IMG/VR virus record: IMGVR_UViG_3300033120_000868
Span: 79,494 to 143,493 of that record
Source of the DNA: a virus
Taxonomy: Duplodnaviria; Caudoviricetes
Direction: 5' to 3' (one strand)
DNA: 64,000 nt
Shown here: one piece after another, positions 58,092 through 64,000 of the stretch
Numbering within the stretch: the first letter of the stretch is position 1
How the letters are laid out: every line of letters begins with the position of its first letter
Program-made: the position numbers and the translations under genes
The notes under the pieces: generated by a model
What the model was told of the DNA's origin: nothing
Seen by the model: the letters and a program-made list of their open reading frames with translations, nothing else
The model's database searches: none

Positions 58092-58421
58092 CTATTTCGT
58101 TAAAAAGAAATCATATCCAACAAACGGCAAAGAAGCTCTAAATTTAGTATCTTTTGGAACATTCCATTTTTTTATCAATCTAACAACTGATTTTAATGAA
58201 TAAGCATCGTTAAAACCATCGTGTGACATAGAATAATACACAGATGTATTTCCTGTTTTTTCCCATTCTCCTGTTTGGGTATTAAACCATAAATTATTTT
58301 CAACTGGTTCTATCCAAAATGGTCTTTTCATTCTTCTTTTAGAACCATCTTCATATTTAGAATGAATTGTAACGCTTTTAAAAATCCTTTGCCCTTTAGG
58401 TTTACTTGAAATAATTTTCAT
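58092..58421 (-). CDS. cassette 9 gene
   Basis: probable start MKIISS. Confidence 0.7.
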   Translation of the reverse strand: MKIISSKPKGQRIFKSVTIHSKYEDGSKRRMKRPFWIEPVENNLWFNTQTGEWEKTGNTSVYYSMSHDGFNDAYSLKSVVRLIKKWNVPKDTKFRASLPFVGYDFFLTK

Positions 58422-58453
58422 AATATTTTTTATTTTAAATACCCACAACGATT

Positions 58454-58588
58454 TGCTAACAGCATATTTATTCAATTGTGGCTTTTGGGTTAATTAAATG
58501 TTTATTGTGTGTTTGTAATGTTAATTTTTAAATTGATAGTTCGTTTTGTGCTTATCCACAACTGAAATAAATACCCAAAACGTTAGTG
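58454..58588 (+). repeat. attC-like site 9
   Basis: TGCTAAC..TATTTATTCAATTGTGG / CCACAACTGAAATAAATA..GTTAGTG. Confidence 0.85.
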
Positions 58589-58927
58589 ACAATTGCAGAC
58601 AAGACGTTCAATAAGATAATCACTATCTTTTTTAACAATAGGAATTATCAAATTTTTAATCTGTTTTTTTTGTTTTTTATTCATTTTAGGATTTACTGGT
58701 TGTATTATTTCCCCCGTATTAATCATAATTAATATTCCTTTGTCCTTATGTTGTACAGAAGAATCTAATGATTTCCCATTGAACCATTTTGCAGAAAAAC
58801 ATTCAGGATTTGATTTTAAAATTTCAATTACCTTTTCTATAAATACTTGTTCGTGAGCATCCAAAGGAGAACAACTGTCACTAACAGCGTGTATAAAAAA
58901 TGGCTTTTTTAGGCTTAATTTAAACAT
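58583..58927 (-). CDS. cassette 10 gene (starts inside attC10)
   Basis: stop = TTA of R box. Confidence 0.7.
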   Translation of the reverse strand: MFKLSLKKPFFIHAVSDSCSPLDAHEQVFIEKVIEILKSNPECFSAKWFNGKSLDSSVQHKDKGILIMINTGEIIQPVNPKMNKKQKKQIKNLIIPIVKKDSDYLIERLVCNCH

Positions 58928-59010
58928 AATTTTGTGTTTTTATAATTAGTAATAATTCAATAATTTAGGCGTACTTGCACGCCACTTCTTATACACGCAA
59001 AACGTTATAG
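58879..59010 (+). repeat. attC-like site 10
   Basis: CACTAAC..GCGTGTATAAAAAATGGC / GCCACTTCTTATACACGC..GTTATAG. Confidence 0.88.
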
Positions 59011-59030
59011 TTAATGGCTACAAATTGTTT

Positions 59031-59429
59031 TTACATACCTATATTTTCAATTCCAAGTAACTCAATAAGTATATGTATCTCTTTACTACCCCATTCGTTT
59101 TCTATATTAAATATAATTTCTTTGTCAGATAAAATTTCTTGCATATAATTATCCTTTACTTTTACACCCCACCAATTACCGTCTGATGCAAGAGTTAAAA
59201 TATCTGAATTATCACGAATTGTTTTAATCTTATCATAAAAAGACATTTGGTTAAATCTTTTAGCCATTTCTACGTATTGCTCTAAAGTGAATTTTCTTTT
59301 ATAATTATTGTTCGTGCTTTTAGCTCTCATATAATCATCATATTCTCTAGTACTCATACCTCTTGGGTCTTGTGTATCATAAAAATCACTTGCTTTAACA
59401 TCTCTGTAATCAATTCTTTTGTTTTTCAT
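59031..59429 (-). CDS. cassette 11 gene, paralog of backbone gene 14832-15095
   Basis: shared T.EQY....RFN.MSF..K..TI..N..I.....DG. Confidence 0.75.
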   Translation of the reverse strand: MKNKRIDYRDVKASDFYDTQDPRGMSTREYDDYMRAKSTNNNYKRKFTLEQYVEMAKRFNQMSFYDKIKTIRDNSDILTLASDGNWWGVKVKDNYMQEILSDKEIIFNIENEWGSKEIHILIELLGIENIGM

Positions 59430-59457
59430 AATTTCAGTTTTTAAAAACCGCCACTAA

Positions 59458-59590
59458 CTATAACAGTAGTTTGTAGCAATGGCTGGCTTGTTGTTTAATT
59501 TAATGTTTTTGGCTTATCGGTATTGTAGTTTTTAAACCAAAACTACTCGCTTACTTGCACGCCACTGCAACAAGCTACAAAACGTTAGGC
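59458..59590 (+). repeat. attC-like site 11
   Basis: CTATAAC..GTAGTTTGTAGCAATGGC / GCCACTGCAACAAGCTAC..GTTAGGC. Confidence 0.88.
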
Positions 59591-59821
59591 GATATGCCCT
59601 ACACCCTTACTGTCAGCAAATTGGTATCCGTGTCTTTGATTACTATATTTCTTTTCTCGTCCTTGCATACCATCTGTCCATACTTTACCACAACACTTGC
59701 AACGATAGGCACGTCTCCCATCAAATGCTCTACCTTTTTCAGGGTTAGTTGTTTGACAAGAAGCACATCGCCTAACATCGGCTTTGTTCAATACCTTATC
59801 TTCTGTATTATCGTTTTTCAT
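59585..59821 (-). CDS. cassette 12 gene, Zn-ribbon protein (starts inside attC12)
   Basis: CASC...YRCKCCG; stop = TTA of R box. Confidence 0.7.
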   Translation of the reverse strand: MKNDNTEDKVLNKADVRRCASCQTTNPEKGRAFDGRRAYRCKCCGKVWTDGMQGREKKYSNQRHGYQFADSKGVGHIA

Positions 59822-59892
59822 GTTATTTAAATTTTAAAAATTACGTTTAGTTTTCATAAGTCGGCACTAAACAAAGCCGAGAACCGTTAGCA
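59770..59892 (+). repeat. attC-like site 12
   Basis: GCCTAAC..TCGGCTTTGTTCAATACC / GGCACTAAACAAAGCCGA..GTTAGCA. Confidence 0.88.
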
Positions 59893-59896
59893 GTAA

Positions 59897-60139
59897 TTAA
59901 TCCTCGAACTTAACAAATTTGAATTTATACCCACCTTTCTTAATTCCAAACTTCTCACACCATCTTTCAAACCAATTTGATTTAATGATTATTATTTGCC
60001 ATTTTTCTGCATAATCTAACGCATTTTGTTCTGTAATTAATCCATCTTTTTCAAGGCGTTCTAAAACTAAGTCTTTTACTTGATTTGCGTTTAGTGTATA
60101 TTCTTCTAAAGAAATTAACATTCCATCCATTTGTGCCAT
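59897..60139 (-). CDS. cassette 13 gene
   Basis: 80 aa filling the cassette. Confidence 0.7.
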   Translation of the reverse strand: MAQMDGMLISLEEYTLNANQVKDLVLERLEKDGLITEQNALDYAEKWQIIIIKSNWFERWCEKFGIKKGGYKFKFVKFED

Positions 60140-60161
60140 AATATTTGTATTTTATAACTAC

Positions 60162-60293
60162 TGCTAACAACGGTTATACAATAGTTGGGTTAATTGTTTA
60201 ATTTAAAGTCTGTTTTGTGCTTTTAAAATCTGTGATAAATCAAAAGTTAAGGAGTACCAACCCCAACCATCGTATAGCCGTCGAACGTTATGT
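60162..60293 (+). repeat. attC-like site 13
   Basis: TGCTAAC..ACGGTTATACAATAGTTGGG / CCCAACCATCGTATAGCCGT..GTTATGT. Confidence 0.88.
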
Positions 60294-60299
60294 GCCATT

Positions 60300-60509
60300 T
60301 TAAGACACACTATCCTTCAACTTTTGCAGTTCGACAATTAAGTCATCTACTTGTTGAATTAAGTTCATTTTGGCTGACCAATCATTTGCTCCATATCCTG
60401 AAAATTCAGCGCGGAAATGACCCCAAGCGTGATTTTTAGAACTTAATTCGATTTCGGCTTCACAACTTTGAGCCTTTTGTTTACCATCGTTTCTTAATTT
60501 TATTTCCAT
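60300..60509 (-). CDS. cassette 14 gene
   Basis: 69 aa filling the cassette. Confidence 0.7.
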   Translation of the reverse strand: MEIKLRNDGKQKAQSCEAEIELSSKNHAWGHFRAEFSGYGANDWSAKMNLIQQVDDLIVELQKLKDSVS

Positions 60510-60538
60510 TTTATTGTTGATTTATTAATAAAAACGGC

Positions 60539-60634
60539 ACATAACAAGGGTTTTGCGTAATAGCCCTATCAAGTGTCGTGGTTAATTTTAAGTTTTTACT
60601 AAGGGCTACTACGCAAAGCCCCGATACGTTATCA
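60539..60634 (+). repeat. attC-like site 14
   Basis: ACATAAC..GGGTTTTGCGTAATAGCCCT / AGGGCTACTACGCAAAGCCC..GTTATCA. Confidence 0.88.
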
Positions 60635-60859
60635 CTCAGCTTTTGACGAACTAAATAAATAAGCTAATTTCTCTGGAATAAGCATTTTTACTTTCACACT
60701 TGTTCCATTCCAAAAACTTTCTTCTACGTCATACGACTGAATTATTCCGTTGTGGTTTTCTATTTTTTTTTCTAAATCACGTGCTTGAGATTTTGTTTTA
60801 CATACTGCTGAAAAAAGTAAATATTTAATTCCGTTTACTTCATAAATTAATTGTTCCAT
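60632..60859 (-). CDS. cassette 15 gene
   Basis: 75 aa filling the cassette. Confidence 0.7.
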   Translation of the reverse strand: MEQLIYEVNGIKYLLFSAVCKTKSQARDLEKKIENHNGIIQSYDVEESFWNGTSVKVKMLIPEKLAYLFSSSKAE

Positions 60860-60880
60860 TTTGTGTGAATTAAGCCGAAG

Positions 60881-61012
60881 TGATAACAGTGGTTACACAA
60901 TATTGCCACTTCTGGAGTTATTTAATGTTGTTTTTGTACTTGTTTTGTTGGTTGTTTAATCGAATATTTTCGCTTACTTTTGGCAACATCGTGTAGCCAC
61001 AAAACGTTATAA
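60881..61012 (+). repeat. attC-like site 15
   Basis: TGATAAC..GTGGTTACACAATATTGCCA / TGGCAACATCGTGTAGCCAC..GTTATAA. Confidence 0.88.
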
Positions 61013-61249
61013 CTCATTTTTAGAAAGAGCTATGTTTACAATTGATATTGCTTTTTTAATCTGAGATATACTTTTAAATTCAGGCGTTATGTCAATTAAT
61101 TCTTCATCAGTGAGTATTTCACATAAATAATCATATTCTTCATCATTTATTCTCCAAAGTTGTTTATACATATCATCAAACGCATCTGTAATACCGCCAC
61201 ATCCTTTGTAAACTATATCTGTTCTATTTTTCCTTTCAAATCGTGTCAT
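61007..61249 (-). CDS. cassette 16 gene
   Basis: stop = TTA of R box. Confidence 0.7.
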   Translation of the reverse strand: MTRFERKNRTDIVYKGCGGITDAFDDMYKQLWRINDEEYDYLCEILTDEELIDITPEFKSISQIKKAISIVNIALSKNEL

Positions 61250-61261
61250 AATTAAAACGAG

Positions 61262-61394
61262 TTATAACAGTGGTTTTGCTCAATGGCTGTTTTTGGCAAA
61301 ACTTATACACTGTTTTGTGTTTGTAAAATTTGTTTTTAATTCAATAATTTAGGCTTGCTTTTCAGCCACTAAGCAAAGCCACAGGACGTTAACA
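61262..61394 (+). repeat. attC-like site 16
   Basis: TTATAAC..GTGGTTTTGCTCAATGGCTG / CAGCCACTAAGCAAAGCCAC..GTTAACA. Confidence 0.88.
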
Positions 61395-61441
61395 GATATG
61401 GTATGAAGTAGATACCGCATACCATTCTGAAAACTACCTTT

Positions 61442-61810
61442 TTATTTTTTAAACAACCAATTTGATTTTTCTGTACTTTTAAATTCAGATAAATAATTTT
61501 GAAATTGTTCATAGCTACAATCTAATATTTCTTTAGCATCAATTGAATGAGAATAATCAATATTATCTAATGATTCCAAAGTGAACAACATATTGTCTTG
61601 CCATTTAACACCATCAATAGACAATAAAACTTCTGACCTAATTTGTCTTTGATAGACAATTTTATAACCTTCCCACCACTTTGAAAATCTATTTTCAAGT
61701 TCTTCTTGTTCTGAACATTCTAAATTTGAAGCATCGCTCGATGATTGCAAAAATAAATCTAACGGATTTAATTTTGCTTGAATTTCTGTTGTATTAATTG
61801 TTGTTTTCAT
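61442..61810 (-). CDS. cassette 17 gene C
   Basis: 122 aa. Confidence 0.65.
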   Translation of the reverse strand: MKTTINTTEIQAKLNPLDLFLQSSSDASNLECSEQEELENRFSKWWEGYKIVYQRQIRSEVLLSIDGVKWQDNMLFTLESLDNIDYSHSIDAKEILDCSYEQFQNYLSEFKSTEKSNWLFKK

Positions 61811-61841
61811 ATTTTTTTAGCACTTATCCTTGCAATTGGTT

Positions 61842-62156
61842 TTAATTATTTAAAAATTCAGATGCTTGTATTATTTCATATTCTTTTTCATATTCAGGGC
61901 TTGTTATTCTACCACAATTTACATAAGTAATATTGCCGTCTATACTTAATGAAAAAATACTTTGTTGTGTTGTAGAAAAAAAGGGGTCATAAAAAATAGG
62001 TCTAATATTTCCTATTTGTTCACGATACCAATCTCTATGCCAAGACATTCTTTTACACTTATCATTTGGGTTAATATCTTTTCTTCTTTCCCATTCTTCA
62101 AAAGAATTAAACTGAATTAATATTTTTTTATCTTCAAAATTTTCGAGTTTTTTCAT
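61842..62156 (-). CDS. cassette 17 gene B
   Basis: 104 aa. Confidence 0.65.
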   Translation of the reverse strand: MKKLENFEDKKILIQFNSFEEWERRKDINPNDKCKRMSWHRDWYREQIGNIRPIFYDPFFSTTQQSIFSLSIDGNITYVNCGRITSPEYEKEYEIIQASEFLNN

Positions 62157-62160
62157 AATA

Positions 62161-62436
62161 CTAATAAGTTAAGTTAGAAAAAGTTTTACCTTCGTTGTTT
62201 ACGATATAGTTTTGTTCATCTTTCCATAAAGGATAAGTTTCTTTTGCATCTTCTGAAATAACAAAAGCATAACAACCACCTACTTCAATTTTTTCTTGAC
62301 CTTCTAATTGAAAAAAGTCAACATACATTTTAAAAAAAGCTTCTTCGTTTTTTTCTTTTCTAATAACTGAATAGCTTTCTCCTAAGTTCTGATTGAACTC
62401 CATTTTTACACTTGTAATTTTTCTTAATGTGTACAT
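62161..62436 (-). CDS. cassette 17 gene A
   Basis: 91 aa; MYTLR.I...N..LG..Y...YIVN..GKTF. Confidence 0.7.
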   Translation of the reverse strand: MYTLRKITSVKMEFNQNLGESYSVIRKEKNEEAFFKMYVDFFQLEGQEKIEVGGCYAFVISEDAKETYPLWKDEQNYIVNNEGKTFSNLTY

Positions 62437-62508
62437 AAATTCATATATTTATTTATTGCCTACTCTATTAGCTTTTCGGCTTCCGCTATATTTTAAAATA
62501 ACCACATC

Positions 62509-62641
62509 TGTTAACACTGCATTGTAGCAATTGTGGGTTAAGGCTTAATTAATAATTTGTTTTTTACTTGTTTTGGTTAGTTTTAAATCGAAACATTGTG
62601 CTAGTATAACCACAACTGACTACAATGCTTTAACGTTAGGT
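62509..62641 (+). repeat. attC-like site 17 (body nearly identical to attC2)
   Basis: TGTTAAC..GCATTGTAGCAATTGTGG / CCACAACTGACTACAATGC..GTTAGGT. Confidence 0.88.
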
Positions 62642-62647
62642 GCAATG

Positions 62648-63136
62648 CTACGACCACACCGCATTTTGATACTTCTTTTCATATTTGACAAATTTGTGAA
62701 TGAATCCGTAATCGTGGCAGACAAATTTATTACCTATCCAACCAAAATTATCTGCCTTGACATCTGTAAAGAAATAAGGCACTTTTTTTGGGCGTTCTTT
62801 ATCTAACTGTTTAGTCCGTTCCATTATTAATACTTTACCGTTAGGACTGCACCAGTGAATCGGAGCAAACCATTCTTTTACCCAAGCAAGATTTCCTTTT
62901 AATCCTTGAATTTCATCCCAAAGTAAAAATTCAGCGATGTTGCAATCTGTACTGTTTGGTTCAACTTTTACAACCATTTTATTTGGGTTCATATTGAACT
63001 CGTAAACACTTCTGTAAGAACCACTACCCAATTTTTCACCACAAAGAGTAAGTATTAAATCTGTATTTACATCTTGTAATTTACTTAAAGTAGAAACTTC
63101 ATCTACATTATTTAATCTATTTGTTAATCTAATCAT
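62648..63136 (-). CDS. cassette 18 gene, minimal protein-kinase-like protein
   Basis: LGSGSYRSVY, VVK, E, LIME, DVKADNFG, HDYG. Confidence 0.75.
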   Translation of the reverse strand: MIRLTNRLNNVDEVSTLSKLQDVNTDLILTLCGEKLGSGSYRSVYEFNMNPNKMVVKVEPNSTDCNIAEFLLWDEIQGLKGNLAWVKEWFAPIHWCSPNGKVLIMERTKQLDKERPKKVPYFFTDVKADNFGWIGNKFVCHDYGFIHKFVKYEKKYQNAVWS

Positions 63137-63174
63137 TTTTTAAGGTTTAAAACCGTTTAACAAAAAAGCACTGC

Positions 63175-63307
63175 ACCTAACAAGGTATTGCCAAAAGTGG
63201 GGCTTTCGTGCTTTCTATTATCTTCTGTACTCATATTTAACATTTGTTCTTTTAATTAACTTTGGTGGTTTAATGCCCCACCTTCGGCAATACCCAAAAC
63301 GTTATAA
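63175..63307 (+). repeat. attC-like site 18
   Basis: ACCTAAC..GGTATTGCCAAAAGTGGGGC / GCCCCACCTTCGGCAATACC..GTTATAA. Confidence 0.88.
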
Positions 63308-63313
63308 GCCATT

Positions 63314-63514
63314 TTAACGACCACGTAACTCATTACGTTCTTTAACTTCTATTTCGTCTGTATAATCTTCAAACAATAGCTTGCCAATTTTATCCCAAGA
63401 AACAAAAGTTTCCTTTGATGGCATTCTATTTGGTTTCAATCTTGCAGGAATATTTGTTTTTAAAATTACTCCTTCTTCTTTAGCTGTATAGCCTGTAATA
63501 ATTACTTTTTGCAT
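63314..63514 (-). CDS. cassette 19 gene
   Basis: 66 aa filling the cassette. Confidence 0.7.
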   Translation of the reverse strand: MQKVIITGYTAKEEGVILKTNIPARLKPNRMPSKETFVSWDKIGKLLFEDYTDEIEVKERNELRGR

Positions 63515-63559
63515 TGTTTTTAAATTAAATTGTTAAGCCAAACACGAATAAAAAACGGC

Positions 63560-63655
63560 TTATAACAGTGGTTTGGCAAAATACCGCCACAAGCCTTTGT
63601 ACTAAATTTGAACATTGTGCAAGGCGGCACTTCGCCAAGCCACCAAACGTTAGCG
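63560..63655 (+). repeat. attC-like site 19
   Basis: TTATAAC..GTGGTTTGGCAAAATACCGCC / GGCGGCACTTCGCCAAGCCAC..GTTAGCG. Confidence 0.88.
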
Positions 63656-63856
63656 GTAATGCTTTGATAAATACTTTTCGACAATATCTATCATTTGTAA
63701 TTCGTCATTGTATATATCGTAAAATCCATCAACATCTTCTAAATGTGGTCTGCTGGTTAATTTTTTAACTATTTCTTTAGCGTGGTAATTAGCACTAACC
63801 ATAACACCAGTTTTGCAAGATTGCTTGTTTTGTGATTTTTTGGAAACTTTAGTCAT
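63650..63856 (-). CDS. cassette 20 gene (starts inside attC20)
   Basis: stop = TTA of R box. Confidence 0.65.
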   Translation of the reverse strand: MTKVSKKSQNKQSCKTGVMVSANYHAKEIVKKLTSRPHLEDVDGFYDIYNDELQMIDIVEKYLSKHYR

Positions 63857-63931
63857 AATTTTAAGTGTATTTTGTATTTGTTAATTTTAGGTTTTTAGTT
63901 CGCAACCTCGCAAAGCCAAAAATCGTTATAG
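63799..63931 (+). repeat. attC-like site 20
   Basis: CCATAAC..TTTTGCAAGATTGC / GCAACCTCGCAAAG..GTTATAG. Confidence 0.8.
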
Positions 63932-63937
63932 CAAATG

Positions 63938-64000
63938 CTAGAAATCAATATCCGTTACAATAAATGTTTCATTACAATCTTCGCAAGTAATTTCTATATC
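63938..64000 (-). CDS. cassette 21 gene, C-terminal fragment (Zn-ribbon-like)
   Basis: ...DIEITCEDCNETFIVTDIDF* runs off the window end. Confidence 0.55.
   Translation of the reverse strand, partial: DIEITCEDCNETFIVTDIDF

Larger units (their letters stand above)
54652..64000 (+). mobile_element. Integron-like gene-cassette array (at least 21 cassettes, 20 attC-like sites, no integrase in window)
   Basis: periodic nnnnAAC-hairpin-GTTnnnn sites; each cassette's start is the reverse complement of its end. Confidence 0.9.

Noticed and set aside
55400-63610. TAnnTTTG boxes on the + strand within some attC loops (attC1, 4, 18, 19) as internal promoters
   Set aside because: I did not establish a matching -33 element, and such 8-mers are expected by chance in T-rich loops
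55257-63768. Track ORFs 55257-55454(-), 55570-55785, 55981-56277, 56674-57009, 59555-59830, 62573-62806 and 63568-63768(+)
   Set aside because: They cross attC boundaries or shadow better ORFs on the other strand; likely spurious
55331-63931. CRISPR array or simple terminator series as the explanation for the periodic hairpins
   Set aside because: Repeats are divergent, 78-136 bp long and separated by whole genes; there are no U tracts, and the cassette-specific end complementarity fits only attC-type recombination
1-64000. Alternative genetic code (stop-codon reassignment)
   Set aside because: Long genes are uninterrupted under the standard code, and TAA, TAG and TGA all serve as stops

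Overview
Very AT-rich segment of a large dsDNA bacteriophage whose host is very probably a Bacteroidota (Flavobacterium-like) bacterium: about 16 host-type promoters TTTG-N20-TAnnTTTG are visible. 1-12.4 kb (+) carries giant polyvalent/virion-ejection-type proteins. 12.5-14.8 kb (+) carries small genes. 14.8-54.6 kb (-) is a dense early/replication arm: T5 A1-like phosphoesterase, HNH, Prim-Pol, family A DNA polymerase, SF4 helicase, HD hydrolase, dUTPase, ThyA, lytic transglycosylase, class II RNR, PD-(D/E)XK and DnaQ-like nucleases, two aberrant tRNA-like genes and several structured non-coding regions. The main discovery is at 54.65-64 kb: an integron-like array of 20 complete gene cassettes plus a truncated 21st. 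Each cassette is closed by an attC-like imperfect hairpin, and the two ends of each cassette are reverse complements (only partly so in cassette 20). No integrase is present in the window. The first cassette follows an attI-like site and carries a gene in the normal orientation. The other 19 carry genes in the inverted orientation, several of them phage-type, and many use the attC itself for their start and stop codons. Secondary signals are a near-invariant A/C mismatch 11 nt from each crossover, a D-arm-permuted tRNA(CAT)-like RNA, two kissing-loop leaders, a possible antisense RNA to the RNR leader, and a dispersed T-run/CG/A-run/AAACAG motif imposed on coding sequence. All annotation is by eye; no database searches were run.
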